From a virus (taxonomy: Duplodnaviria; Caudoviricetes), in IMG/VR virus record IMGVR_UViG_2645727757_000001, positions 32,001 to 96,000 of that record: a DNA stretch of 64,000 bases; one strand, written 5' to 3'. The notes beneath the pieces were generated by a model. The model was not told the origin of the DNA and did no database searches. It saw nothing but the letters and a program-made list of their open reading frames with translations. A program made the position numbers and the translations under genes. This document shows positions 1 to 11,307 of this stretch, in pieces. How positions within the stretch are numbered: position 1 is the first letter of the stretch; each line of letters starts with the position of its first letter.

Positions 1-3000
1 AAAGCTAGTGGAAGTCCTCACGGAGATTTAGGCGGAGCTAGTAGTGAATGGTGGAATTTATCTTATGGAGATACTACATCACATTGGACTTATGATTACT
101 CTCTTGCTGACAAAATAGTTGGTAGTGGAAAACATAATAGAGGTAATGCATGGATATTGGCTAGTAATACAGTTAGCAAAGCCTTTTCTCAAATAGGACA
201 ACCACAAGCTGTAGCTAAATATTTAAGGTGTGAATCAATATACGATCCTCAAAAAGTAGGATATAAAACTATAACTGCTAAAAATTACGGGAAAATTATA
301 ACTAGTACAGCACAAGCCTATAACAGTTTATGGTGGAGAGCGTCTAATGGTCCTGCATCACAAGTTACTAGAGCTGTTGCACAAGATATAATGCGTAGAA
401 GACCTGGTGTTATAGCTAATGCTAGTAATGTATTCTTTAGAGATATAATATCATTCTACAGAGGAATCATAACGTCTTCTTATACAAAGTATGCTTGTAA
501 TAAAATAACGGCAGGAAGTATAAAATATAATATCGAGGGTGATTATGAAGGTATAGTTAAGAAAACTATAACTGATACATCTAGCAAACCTGTCAAATGG
601 AAAGCTATAGTAACATATGCAGGTACATTAAGTGGAACATTAAATGACTGGAATGGAACTGTAACATACAAAGGAACGGTAACTAAAAGAAATGTTATAG
701 GTAATATAAATCCTGTAGGTTCAAATACTTTAGTTATGTACCCTAATGAAGACAGTTATTTAATGGAAGATTTAAATAATAAGCAATCTATGAATGTAGA
801 AAGTGAATTATTTAGAATAACAAATATATTTAAAGATGGAGTTCCTTTATTTTATTCATATAGATTAAAAAATAAAGTTTATAGCAATATAACTCCTAAT
901 GAATTTGGACTTCTTGAAAAAGATAATATAGTTTTACTAGATAATCTAAGAAATAAGTTACCTAGCAAATACAAATACAGAGCAAAATATACTCCTACAG
1001 AAAAGGAAAATGTTTATTATGTAGATGTATTAACTAGCTTTGAAAATAATTCTGGAAGAAAGATTTATTGTTCATATATAGCTTATGATGAATCTAAGGT
1101 TAGTAAAGTAAATCCAGAAGTTTTTGAAGAAATTTTTGTACAACCTCATTTCCAAAGAGATATAGAGTATTCAACAGAGGAAGTTCATAAAATTTCACGT
1201 AAAAATAATATTAAAATTACTAAACCTGCTGTAATAGAAGATAACAGAAGGAAAATTAATTTTGAATATAAAGTACAAAAAATAGTTGATGGAACTGTAG
1301 TAGGTGAATCAGCTCCTATAAATGCAAAAGGAATAAATTCAAGATATGCTTTGGATTTAGAAAAGAACTATTTTATAGATAGAGCTAATATTGTATCTCC
1401 GAGAACAAATACAGGATTCAAAACTGCTAAACAACTAGTAGAAGATAATAGAGGAAGTAGAAATATGCTGTATAGAACAGCTCAAATGTCACAGGAAGTT
1501 ATAAATTTAACTCAAAATCAAAAGGCAGCGTTAGGAATAGCTTTAGCTGCTGCTAGTAGAGTGACAATTGATGATGTTTTAGTTGGAGAAGATATTGGAT
1601 TAAAAATTTATGAGCATGTTGAAAGTTTAGTTGTATTCCATGATTGGGATAATAACGGAGTAACTTACTTAATTACAGAACAATTAAAAAATAAGGTATG
1701 GGATTATATAACTAAAGTTGGTATTCCTAATAGACCTATTATTAAAAGAATAGAAAGAGAATCACTAGACCATCCACTTAGAGTTAGGGATGATAGTTAT
1801 GATTTATTAAAAATAAAGTTTGATCCTATAACAGCTAGTGGAGTTAATTTAAATTTTAAATTAAATGGTGGTTCACATCCTAATGACCAAACTCATTTAG
1901 AATATACATCTAAGATAGGAAATTTAGCTTTTGAACAACTAAATGAAATAACTTATAGAATAGAAAAACAAGCTAATTCCAATAGATTTAATTTAAGAAG
2001 TTTTGGTAACGTACCTAATGAATCAACTGATTTTGGTAGATATACATTAACAAATCCAACATTACCTTATTATTTAAGAATAGATGAACCTAAGTTCTAT
2101 AGAAGTTCTCCAGATAATTATATAAGACTTAGTAATGTTAGATATGAGTATGATCTATTTATAAATTACAATGATAATAATGGAGCAACAGTATCTAAAA
2201 TACAATTACATGAAGAATTAACTAATGATTGTACATTATATATAAGCAATAGTTTAATTGAAAACTTAAAATATCATATAACTATAACTTCATTATCAAA
2301 TTTATTGCCAGATATAATTATTCATCACAAGAACTTACCACCTGTAATTAATAATGTTAAGGATAGAACAATACCATATGGTATGGAATTTAATCCATTA
2401 AGTGGAGTTACAGCTATAGATAATGAAGATGGGGATATAACATCAGAATTAGTTGTAAAAGGATATGTTAATGAATATATTCCTGGAGAATATGTTCTTG
2501 AATATTCGGTAGTAGATAGTGAAGGTGTTTCAAGTAGAAAAACTTGTACTATTACTGTAGATAAAGAACCTAATATTAAACCAGTAATATATGGAATAGA
2601 AGATATTAAAATATTAAAATCATCTGTATTCGACCCTATGTTTGGAGTAACTGCATACGATAGGGAAGATGGCAACTTAACAGATTCAATTATAGTTAAT
2701 GAAGATGTAAATACTGAAATAGCAAATGATTATCCTGTAACTTATAAAGTAACTGATAGTCAAGGAGCTACAACTACTAAAACTAGAATAGTTACTGTAT
2801 CTGAATATATTGATCCAGAATATAAAGTAGAAGATGTAGTATATAAAGCTGTATTAACAAGTACCTCTTCTAATGAAAATATAAAAGATGTAGTTAATCT
2901 ATATACTGATACAAGTGGTAATATGCCAGTATTAGCAGAAATACTAGCCGATACAGGATTCATGGTTGAAATAGGAGAAGAAACCAAATATACAGGGAAA

Positions 3001-5871
3001 ATAGTTACACCTGGTCCTTATTTAATTGATGGAGATTATATAAGATGTGCATATGCAGTAATGTGTATTGATGCTAGGGAAATTAGTTTAAAGAAACCTA
3101 GAACAAATAATTTATTAATGAATTGGTATCCTTGCGTACAGTTTGGTCATGCAACTAGAGTATTCTCTTATAGGGGTGTTAAGAAGAAAATAATATATGA
3201 TATCCCAGAATATAATGACCAATTATATGGAACTTATAAAAGACCTTATGTAGATATGGTTAATGATGAAGTAGAATTTATTAATGAACATTCAGTAAAA
3301 ACAAGATTATTCCCACTATATGTTAGATTAAATAAAGATAAAATACCGACCAATCTTTCATTATATATTTTATATAATGATGGAACTAAGAAAGAATTAA
3401 CTGTAGATAACTGGCTATATAACGAAGGAATAATAAAAGTAAAAGAAGTTATAAGTGAATATGATAGTATCTATGCTAATTATACTTATGAAGAGCAAAT
3501 GTATATATATAGAGGTTATTATGATGAAAGAGGATTTAAAGATTTAGATTTAAACATAAATCAATATCATAACTTCTATGATACAAGCATAGTTCCTAAT
3601 AAAGAAAATAAGGTATATAACCTATTAAATAAAACAATTTATTTCTTCTTAAAACCAGCTATGATAGTAGAGGATTTTGTTACTGATAGTGACCAAGTGG
3701 AAGTATCGAAGGTAATAAAAAGGATGTTAATTAATGAAACTAATATGTTCCCAGAAACAGTTTCTATTGATGCTGATATTTTTAAAGGAGAGATACCTAA
3801 AGATGGAGCATCATATGTTATAAAAGGTGATTATAAACCTATAGAAACTAGAAGTTTCGAAAGAGAAAAAACTGATTTATTAGTTAATCTTCCAGACTAC
3901 TATAAGATAGAAGAAGATGGTTTCTTTGGGTATATACCAAAAGCAGGAGATCCAGTATATGTATCTGGTATTGAAGCTCCAGAGAAAAGTATTGAATTTA
4001 CTAAAGAAGTAATTCAAGATACTGATAATTTTGCTGATGAATATGAGATAAATGAAGATGGCTATATCGGGTTCATACCTAAACTTGGAGAACATGAACA
4101 AATAGCTGGACCTAAAGATAGTGAATTATATAAAGAAATAAAAATAACAAATAAATATGATTCAGAGGAAGAAATACCAGAAACAATTGAATATAGCGAA
4201 AATGGCTATACTGGAACTTTAACTTTAATTGAAAAAGAACATGAAGTATTAGGGTATAGAACAAGTGAACAGGAAAGCGAAGCAGAAGTTGTAATAAGTA
4301 ATGAGATACATTACAAATGGTATCATAATGGAGCGTGGAACAGTTCTCCTTGCTCTGAATGTACAGATAATTTACCGACTAGTGGAGTAGAGTACAATAT
4401 AAATGAATCATATGATTTGGAATTAAAAGAGTTTAAAGATTCTGGATATAAAGTAATGGGTGAAAGAACTGTAGGTACAGAGCCATTATTTGATATGACT
4501 ACAGAAGTTGGTGAAGAACATGAAAAAATGGTATATATGGATGTTCAAAAGGTAACTTATGTATACAGAAAAGGAGTATTCCCAGACTATGACCAACCAA
4601 TATACGGAGATTGGATTGCAATATACGAAGGTGAAGTTGTTAATGATAGAATTGATGAAAGAAGATGGAAACAAGTTTATCAAGGATTATTAACAAAAAC
4701 TCTTCCTGATGCAAGAAAGTTTAAGCAAGTATATAGAGGTGATGTAACTTGTAATGGTTATGATACTAGAGTATTTGCACAAAACTATAAAGGAGTATTA
4801 ACAGGGTATCAAACTGCTGAAAGTGGTCTTGATGAAATAGAAGTAGTTTATGTTATAGATAATAATGTTAGTATAAATGCTATAAGAAAAACTATAGTAA
4901 AGAGTATAGATAAAATTCATACAAGTTTAGTTGATACTGGAGTTAGTAAAATAAGTTATGGTTTTGTATCTGTAAGTGGTAATGTAAATAAAGTAATAAA
5001 GTTTAATAATAAAAACTTTACTGAAAATATAGAATCATTAAAATCAGAAGTTAAAGAGTTCTTAAATAATTCCTATACTGGAACAGTATCTTCAATAGAA
5101 GGTGTACGCAAAGCTTGTACTGAATATGAATTTACAAGTAATTCAAGACAAGTAGTGTTAATTACAAATAGTGTTCCTAGTGATTTAAGTAATCTTTATG
5201 AAACTACTTCTTTAGCTAGTGCTGGAGCTATAAATATCCATGTTGTTACTGATACTAATGAGTTCCATTGTAAGACATTATCTGTACTTTCCAATGAAAG
5301 TGGAGGAAATGTATGTGAAATGGTAAATGCTCTTTGGGAAGATCAAATAATTCTTGCTATAGCAAGAATAAGTTTATATGGAATAGTAAGTATGGTTAAT
5401 AAAGATTCTATATACCATAAAATAGATGATGAAATTCCAAATCAAAAATACGATTTGTTAATAGGCTCTATATTCTTGGCACACCATACTTCTTTAGAAT
5501 CTACTGAAATTGTAGATGCTAGAAAGATTGGCGGAGGAATCAAAGAAGATATAGCTGATAATCTAAGAAGAGAATTAGAAATAGAAAGTGATAACTACTT
5601 AGATATCGGGTACTACGATGGAGAAGTTTACCCAGAAAATGCTGTAGTTATTATAAGATTAAATAAATCTATATTAGTTAAAAATGGTGGAAGATTTACT
5701 GAAAATGATGTTGAGAATATAGTTAAGAGATGGATAGCTGCGGGTACTATTCCTTTAATTGAATATATAGATGTACATGATAGCAGCTATATTAATGAAA
5801 ACTCTGAATTAACTGTAGAACCTAAAGATAAGATTGATATTAAACCAAAAATATCTATAGAAATGAAGTAA
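1..5871 (+). CDS. Very large virion-associated protein (5' end outside window) with two Ig-like DUF5011-type repeats and a vWA-like domain
   Basis: Frame 1 is open from base 1 (KASGSPHGDL...), so the TTG at 157 is not the true start. Two repeats of pattern FNPLSGVTAIDNEDGDIT / FDPMFGVTAYDREDGNLT. Several G-Y-x-G-x-L and W/F-KQVY-x-G repeats. vWA-like segment VVYVIDNNVS...RQVVLITNS near the C-terminus. Confidence 0.7.
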   Translation, partial: KASGSPHGDLGGASSEWWNLSYGDTTSHWTYDYSLADKIVGSGKHNRGNAWILASNTVSKAFSQIGQPQAVAKYLRCESIYDPQKVGYKTITAKNYGKIITSTAQAYNSLWWRASNGPASQVTRAVAQDIMRRRPGVIANASNVFFRDIISFYRGIITSSYTKYACNKITAGSIKYNIEGDYEGIVKKTITDTSSKPVKWKAIVTYAGTLSGTLNDWNGTVTYKGTVTKRNVIGNINPVGSNTLVMYPNEDSYLMEDLNNKQSMNVESELFRITNIFKDGVPLFYSYRLKNKVYSNITPNEFGLLEKDNIVLLDNLRNKLPSKYKYRAKYTPTEKENVYYVDVLTSFENNSGRKIYCSYIAYDESKVSKVNPEVFEEIFVQPHFQRDIEYSTEEVHKISRKNNIKITKPAVIEDNRRKINFEYKVQKIVDGTVVGESAPINAKGINSRYALDLEKNYFIDRANIVSPRTNTGFKTAKQLVEDNRGSRNMLYRTAQMSQEVINLTQNQKAALGIALAAASRVTIDDVLVGEDIGLKIYEHVESLVVFHDWDNNGVTYLITEQLKNKVWDYITKVGIPNRPIIKRIERESLDHPLRVRDDSYDLLKIKFDPITASGVNLNFKLNGGSHPNDQTHLEYTSKIGNLAFEQLNEITYRIEKQANSNRFNLRSFGNVPNESTDFGRYTLTNPTLPYYLRIDEPKFYRSSPDNYIRLSNVRYEYDLFINYNDNNGATVSKIQLHEELTNDCTLYISNSLIENLKYHITITSLSNLLPDIIIHHKNLPPVINNVKDRTIPYGMEFNPLSGVTAIDNEDGDITSELVVKGYVNEYIPGEYVLEYSVVDSEGVSSRKTCTITVDKEPNIKPVIYGIEDIKILKSSVFDPMFGVTAYDREDGNLTDSIIVNEDVNTEIANDYPVTYKVTDSQGATTTKTRIVTVSEYIDPEYKVEDVVYKAVLTSTSSNENIKDVVNLYTDTSGNMPVLAEILADTGFMVEIGEETKYTGKIVTPGPYLIDGDYIRCAYAVMCIDAREISLKKPRTNNLLMNWYPCVQFGHATRVFSYRGVKKKIIYDIPEYNDQLYGTYKRPYVDMVNDEVEFINEHSVKTRLFPLYVRLNKDKIPTNLSLYILYNDGTKKELTVDNWLYNEGIIKVKEVISEYDSIYANYTYEEQMYIYRGYYDERGFKDLDLNINQYHNFYDTSIVPNKENKVYNLLNKTIYFFLKPAMIVEDFVTDSDQVEVSKVIKRMLINETNMFPETVSIDADIFKGEIPKDGASYVIKGDYKPIETRSFEREKTDLLVNLPDYYKIEEDGFFGYIPKAGDPVYVSGIEAPEKSIEFTKEVIQDTDNFADEYEINEDGYIGFIPKLGEHEQIAGPKDSELYKEIKITNKYDSEEEIPETIEYSENGYTGTLTLIEKEHEVLGYRTSEQESEAEVVISNEIHYKWYHNGAWNSSPCSECTDNLPTSGVEYNINESYDLELKEFKDSGYKVMGERTVGTEPLFDMTTEVGEEHEKMVYMDVQKVTYVYRKGVFPDYDQPIYGDWIAIYEGEVVNDRIDERRWKQVYQGLLTKTLPDARKFKQVYRGDVTCNGYDTRVFAQNYKGVLTGYQTAESGLDEIEVVYVIDNNVSINAIRKTIVKSIDKIHTSLVDTGVSKISYGFVSVSGNVNKVIKFNNKNFTENIESLKSEVKEFLNNSYTGTVSSIEGVRKACTEYEFTSNSRQVVLITNSVPSDLSNLYETTSLASAGAINIHVVTDTNEFHCKTLSVLSNESGGNVCEMVNALWEDQIILAIARISLYGIVSMVNKDSIYHKIDDEIPNQKYDLLIGSIFLAHHTSLESTEIVDARKIGGGIKEDIADNLRRELEIESDNYLDIGYYDGEVYPENAVVIIRLNKSILVKNGGRFTENDVENIVKRWIAAGTIPLIEYIDVHDSSYINENSELTVEPKDKIDIKPKISIEMK

Positions 5872-5881
5872 TTAATTATAG

Positions 5882-5902
5882 GTGGCGTAGCTTATACGCC
5901 AC
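5882..5902 (+). terminator. Intergenic GC-rich hairpin (terminator or processing/stability hairpin)
   Basis: GTGGCGTA-gctta-TACGCCAC just after the stop codon; the U-tail is weak. Confidence 0.45.
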
Positions 5903-5926
5903 TTGTAATAGAAATGAGGCAAATAT

Positions 5927-6943
5927 ATGATACCTAGATTAAAAATAACTAGAGATTCTAGGATAAAACAATTTTTAGTATATAGGGAATATACAGAGTA
6001 TCCTAAATATAATCTAGCTCATTATAAAACAGTTAATGCTGATATTATTGCTAATAATGTAGGTTCTAGTGATGTATTGATAATAAATGATTCTATGAAT
6101 ATAGAAGAGGAAAATATAATAAAAAAGACATCACCTAAGTTAACAAATCCTTATAAAGTTGAATATGAAGTAGTTTATAGTGATGGTCAAAATCCTAAAA
6201 TAAAATTTAGAACAATAAACGATAACTCTCTAATAAATATTTACTATTTACTAATAGGAATTGATAATACTAAAACTTCTTTAGCATCTGCAAGAACCAA
6301 GATACAGTTTAGAGTTAATAGTAAAGATATTAAAAATCAAGTATTTATAATAGACAACCTATTATTAGATGATTTATCTTTCACAGATTGGAATGAAATA
6401 GATGTTATTCTTAAAGATGTTATAAAAGAACCAGTAAAATCAATGAATAGTGATGATATAACAGCAAATTTAAAATATATAAATTCAAATATAATTAATC
6501 TTAATTTAAAAAATATATGGAATGATAATTCTTATAAAGAAAGAGCTACTAATCAAATAGAAATTAAAAGCAAATATGAATGTTCTTCTGTTTTAAATGA
6601 TGTAATAGAAACAAAAGTAAATATACCAATAGATAAGTTAATTATCCTTAGAAAAGAAGATGATGGAACTAGCGATCACATATTAATTAATGATGAAGCA
6701 GCTAAAAGTATAACTTTAGTTAGAGCAGAAGGTAAGTATGATAATTATGAAAATAATAAAGATTTTATCACAGATGGTATATGTGAAAAGACATTATATT
6801 TAGTTTCTGAAAATTTAGATATTGATGTATTTAGATTGTGTGATACAGGAGTTTTAAAAAATAAAACTTACAAATACACAGTAATATTATATGATAACTT
6901 AGGCTTTATATCGGAGCCATACACATTTAAAGTTGTAACGTAA
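5927..6943 (+). CDS. Hypothetical protein, virion module
   Basis: 338-aa ORF with GAGG RBS; fibronectin-like YKYTV ending. Confidence 0.6.
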   Translation: MIPRLKITRDSRIKQFLVYREYTEYPKYNLAHYKTVNADIIANNVGSSDVLIINDSMNIEEENIIKKTSPKLTNPYKVEYEVVYSDGQNPKIKFRTINDNSLINIYYLLIGIDNTKTSLASARTKIQFRVNSKDIKNQVFIIDNLLLDDLSFTDWNEIDVILKDVIKEPVKSMNSDDITANLKYINSNIINLNLKNIWNDNSYKERATNQIEIKSKYECSSVLNDVIETKVNIPIDKLIILRKEDDGTSDHILINDEAAKSITLVRAEGKYDNYENNKDFITDGICEKTLYLVSENLDIDVFRLCDTGVLKNKTYKYTVILYDNLGFISEPYTFKVVT

Positions 6944-6959
6944 GGAGATAAGATAATAT

Positions 6960-7451
6960 ATGAATGAATTTTACTCAATACAGACTGAAAGTTTTAAAAA
7001 TACATTAATGTTTCCTAGACATAAAAGTACAAATGTAGATGGCTATGAAATAACAATAATGGAATATAGACCAGAAGGAACAGTATTATTGGATAAAGTA
7101 TTTATAAAGCAATTATATGAAGAAAATCCAATACAAAAGGTATTTGAATTCACTCCAACTGTAGAAAATGTTTATGAGCTACCTAAAAATATAATCCATA
7201 CAGAATATTATAATATTATAGTTGAATTAAATAGTAATTACCTTGATAAAAAGGATTACCAATATGATTCAAGTGCTAATACTATCAGTATTAAAAATTC
7301 AGTGCAAATTTTAGGTTCTGATACTATAAAGGTTTATTGCTATGTAGATTCTATGACATACGAATTTGAAAGTGAATATGAATGTTCATTAAATATAGAT
7401 ATTAAATATAATAAGAGCCATAAAATAGGCAACCATAATATATTAATATAG
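6960..7451 (+). CDS. Hypothetical protein, virion module
   Basis: 163-aa ORF with AAGGAG RBS. Confidence 0.6.
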   Translation: MNEFYSIQTESFKNTLMFPRHKSTNVDGYEITIMEYRPEGTVLLDKVFIKQLYEENPIQKVFEFTPTVENVYELPKNIIHTEYYNIIVELNSNYLDKKDYQYDSSANTISIKNSVQILGSDTIKVYCYVDSMTYEFESEYECSLNIDIKYNKSHKIGNHNILI

Positions 7452-7461
7452 GGGGTAAAGC

Positions 7462-9585
7462 ATGGCATATGATATTAATTCCTCCATAAAGGAAGTTCTT
7501 AAAGAAGAAGTAACAAAAGAATATGAAGATAAAATATCTATAGAAGAGCTTTATGAAAAAATAAATAAATTAGAAAAATTTCTAAAAACTCCAATGCAAA
7601 CTGAAATAAAAGAAGTTGGAGATATTATAAAATCAGAAGAAACTAAAAAGACAATTAATGAATTAATCTTTGATATTAAAGTTGCATTTAAGCATTTTTC
7701 TAATGTTGAAAATGAAGTAATGCTCAAGCTAAAGGAAAAAGAATCTGAATTTACAAGAATAATTAAAAACATAGAAAAACAAAATAGAGTTCTTGAAAAT
7801 TACGAATCCTATATAAAAATAAATACAGAACCAATAGTAATAAAAGAAGATTTTACATCAACAAATAATATAGAAACTGATCTTACTTTATATAAAGAAA
7901 GATATGGAACACCAGTTTCTAAAATGACAGCAACAACATTAGTTACTGATTGTTCTGCATTAATGTTACCTAAGACAAGAAGTCTTAATTTAGCTTTTAA
8001 CAACGGAGTTATATCAGCAGATGTTAATATAACAAAACAATATTGTAGTGAAAATGCTAATAAGACTACCTCTTCTAATATACCTAAAAACATTCTAATA
8101 CCTAATTCCGCAGAGATATGGATGGAAGATATATATACAGATGAACCTATAAAGATTTCAGAAATAAACAACAAATATGAAATAAATACTGGAGCTTTAT
8201 GTGAAATAGAAATAAATTTTGAAGCTGTAACTGTTCTTAATGAGATAATATTAAAACCTTGTAGCAAATATCCAGTAGATTTACTTGCAATCGAATATGT
8301 AAGAACTGATTCAGCAAAGGAATCAAGAAAAAATCTTTATATACAAAAGCAATTAAAAAGAGAATATGATTCTAATTTTATAGAAGCTCCAATATCGTAT
8401 AGATTCCCTAATGTATTAGTTAAAAAGATTTATATAACAATAAATCAACTACATTATGAGAGAGTAAATATAAAAGAAGATATTAATACTAAGCTCATAG
8501 AAAGAGCTAAATATAATTTAGAGAATCCTAAATATAATTATGATAATTGCTTATTTAAACCAACATATAAAGATATGATAAGAAAAGATCCAAAGACACC
8601 TATATTTTCTTTAAATGCTGGTGATGACAAGTTAGATGACCTTGAAGCCTTATTATTCAATACAGATAACACCTTAAAAAATAAAATTAAATATAATTAT
8701 AGCTATGGATTAAGGAACGTTACTTTAAATAATAATGAGTTTGATAATACAGGCATTTATGTAAGTAAACCAATAAAAATATTAGATGGTATAAAAGCTG
8801 TAAGTATTATAGTTGATGAAGAGCATAACAAAAATGAAAATGATGAATATGTAACAGATATAGAATATTATATGACAACATCACTTACTCCAGATTTTAA
8901 AAGCTGGAAGTCTATATTACCTACTAATAAGGCTTATATCTATAATGAACTACTACAAGACTATGATGGAAAATGTTATTTAAGATTCCCTGCTACAAAA
9001 GTAACTACAGTTAAAATGGATGGTGTTGACCTTGAAGCTGGGCTTGATTACTTTTTAAAGCATAATGATGAAGGATATATTGAAGCTATTGAGATACCAG
9101 ATATGGATTATATATCTCTATACACAGTAAGCTATCAACCTAATCCAACTGATAATATCATAGAACTTAAAGAGTTAAGTGACGTTTCATCTTATGAAGA
9201 ATTTAATTCAGAAGGAAGATCAAGTTTTATTTTAAAGAATAAAATATATGCAAACAATCTTAAAAATGTACAAGTTAAAATTATTGACGCTATAACTGGA
9301 AAAGTAATAGCTACTGAAGGAGAATCAGTCTTTAATGTAACTAATATGTATAACGTTGAAGAGAGTTATAAAGATTTTACTATAACTGATAAATACCAAT
9401 ATTATGTTAATGGTAAAAATATTTATTTTAATAAAGCAATAAAAGAAAATTATAAAGTAGTTGTCTATTATATTTATGAAATAAATACTATCAGATTTAA
9501 AGCTATTTTGAGAAGAAATACAAAATATGATAAGTATTTAACTCCTGTAGTTAAAAAGCTGGAGTATAAATTTATAACAAAATAA
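7462..9585 (+). CDS. Putative baseplate/tail structural protein
   Basis: 707 aa; N-terminal coiled coil, beta-rich body and C-terminal TPVVKKLEYKF motif shared with neighbours. Confidence 0.5.
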   Translation: MAYDINSSIKEVLKEEVTKEYEDKISIEELYEKINKLEKFLKTPMQTEIKEVGDIIKSEETKKTINELIFDIKVAFKHFSNVENEVMLKLKEKESEFTRIIKNIEKQNRVLENYESYIKINTEPIVIKEDFTSTNNIETDLTLYKERYGTPVSKMTATTLVTDCSALMLPKTRSLNLAFNNGVISADVNITKQYCSENANKTTSSNIPKNILIPNSAEIWMEDIYTDEPIKISEINNKYEINTGALCEIEINFEAVTVLNEIILKPCSKYPVDLLAIEYVRTDSAKESRKNLYIQKQLKREYDSNFIEAPISYRFPNVLVKKIYITINQLHYERVNIKEDINTKLIERAKYNLENPKYNYDNCLFKPTYKDMIRKDPKTPIFSLNAGDDKLDDLEALLFNTDNTLKNKIKYNYSYGLRNVTLNNNEFDNTGIYVSKPIKILDGIKAVSIIVDEEHNKNENDEYVTDIEYYMTTSLTPDFKSWKSILPTNKAYIYNELLQDYDGKCYLRFPATKVTTVKMDGVDLEAGLDYFLKHNDEGYIEAIEIPDMDYISLYTVSYQPNPTDNIIELKELSDVSSYEEFNSEGRSSFILKNKIYANNLKNVQVKIIDAITGKVIATEGESVFNVTNMYNVEESYKDFTITDKYQYYVNGKNIYFNKAIKENYKVVVYYIYEINTIRFKAILRRNTKYDKYLTPVVKKLEYKFITK

Positions 9586-9600
9586 GCGAGGAAAAATAAA

Positions 9601-11307
9601 ATGGATTTTTTTATAAATGGTAGCGATTCTATCGCTAATGAAGGTAAAAAAATACTAGATGATATTAATAATAAAGTTAAGTTAGGATTATTCAACAACA
9701 ATACTGAATTAACTTATAAATATAAAGAAAAAATCTTAGGTCTTTATGATGATATTCACCTAGCTAAATTTAAGCCTTGTTATGCTAAAGACACATTATT
9801 AAAAGATGAATATATGCAAATGATAACTACACTAGCGTTAGATATTGAAGATACATTAAATGAAGTTGAAAACATATCTAAAACAGTAGACACAAAAACT
9901 GATGACATAGATTTAATTAAGAAAAACTTATTAAACACTAGCAGATTAATAAATATGGATATAGATAATCTAAAAAAGAGTGTTGAGGACTATGCAGAGG
10001 TTGGTCTAAGTAGTTTTATAGATAGTTTTAATGAAGATGAATCAAATTCCTCAAACAATATTAAAAATCAAAAAGGTTTTTTAACTCTACCATATAAATC
10101 ATATCAAGACTTATCTTCATCATCTGTAATTGAGGTCTTAGAAACCAATGCATTACCAGGTAATACTCACGTAGCTACTGAAAGTTATTCAAATATTGTT
10201 TATGATGGAGAAATAGATCCGATGTTATCATTAGCTAATATTCTTGATAACAACAATGAAACTAGGTTTGAATGTGAAATGTTTGAAATATTAGATTCTA
10301 CTTATGAAGAATGTAACGGAGCAGGATTTAGGTATAAAGAAGGTGTAAGTTGGGTTACAGAAGATAATAAAATATATTTAAAGATAAGACTAAGCTTATC
10401 AACTAAACAGGTAGCTAATTGGTTTAGCATAACTCCTTATATTCCACCTACAAGCACTTATATTAATAGTGTTATTAAAACTATTATAATATCTGATGGA
10501 AACAATGATATTAAAAAAATGATAGAGGATATTGATTTTAATGATACTATAATTATTCCATTTAAAGAGATGGAAGTAAAATATGTAGATATTTTAATAG
10601 AACAATCAAATGCCTATGATGTAGAGGTTGCACACGATGTTGTAACCAAGCTAAATTCAAATAAAAATTATCTTGATACAAAAAGTATTAAGGTTTATGA
10701 GAGAGAAAATATAAGTATAAGAAATTTATCAAGTTTAGGTGTTAAATATGATACAAGAACCAAAAAGATAACTATTCCAAAATCAAATGAAAAGTCAAAT
10801 GTTAATGTAAATAACCTAAATAATATTTTTGGTGAAATAATGACTGATAATTCATATGATTATAGAACTGAAATAATAAAAGCTAAAAGATATAATATTT
10901 CAATATTAAACGCTAACTTAGGAAATTATTCTTTTGAGGATGAATATACTTATACTTCAAAAGCATTTAGCTGTTCTAATGATATAAATAGCATAATATT
11001 AAATGCTAATGATTCATTAGATGATGACAATATAAAATATTATGTTACTTTAGATAATGGTTCTACCTGGATTAGAATTTATCCTAAAGAAAGAGCTTAT
11101 AAAGGTGCTTGTTGTATAAAAATAAATTCTACAACTCCATTATATGAAAGAGATCCAAAGATTATATATGTAGATAAATTAACTAATGTTAGGTCTATAA
11201 TACTTAAAATAGAACTTACTAAGCCAACTGATAATAGCAGTATACCTATTGTATATAATTATAGGCTCAATGTATCAAGCGAGGTGGATGACAATGATAA
11301 TAGATAA
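9601..11307 (+). CDS. Putative baseplate/tail structural protein
   Basis: 568 aa; coiled coil, discoidin-like NILDNNNETRF segment and C-terminal IPIVYNYRL. Confidence 0.5.
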   Translation: MDFFINGSDSIANEGKKILDDINNKVKLGLFNNNTELTYKYKEKILGLYDDIHLAKFKPCYAKDTLLKDEYMQMITTLALDIEDTLNEVENISKTVDTKTDDIDLIKKNLLNTSRLINMDIDNLKKSVEDYAEVGLSSFIDSFNEDESNSSNNIKNQKGFLTLPYKSYQDLSSSSVIEVLETNALPGNTHVATESYSNIVYDGEIDPMLSLANILDNNNETRFECEMFEILDSTYEECNGAGFRYKEGVSWVTEDNKIYLKIRLSLSTKQVANWFSITPYIPPTSTYINSVIKTIIISDGNNDIKKMIEDIDFNDTIIIPFKEMEVKYVDILIEQSNAYDVEVAHDVVTKLNSNKNYLDTKSIKVYERENISIRNLSSLGVKYDTRTKKITIPKSNEKSNVNVNNLNNIFGEIMTDNSYDYRTEIIKAKRYNISILNANLGNYSFEDEYTYTSKAFSCSNDINSIILNANDSLDDDNIKYYVTLDNGSTWIRIYPKERAYKGACCIKINSTTPLYERDPKIIYVDKLTNVRSIILKIELTKPTDNSSIPIVYNYRLNVSSEVDDNDNR

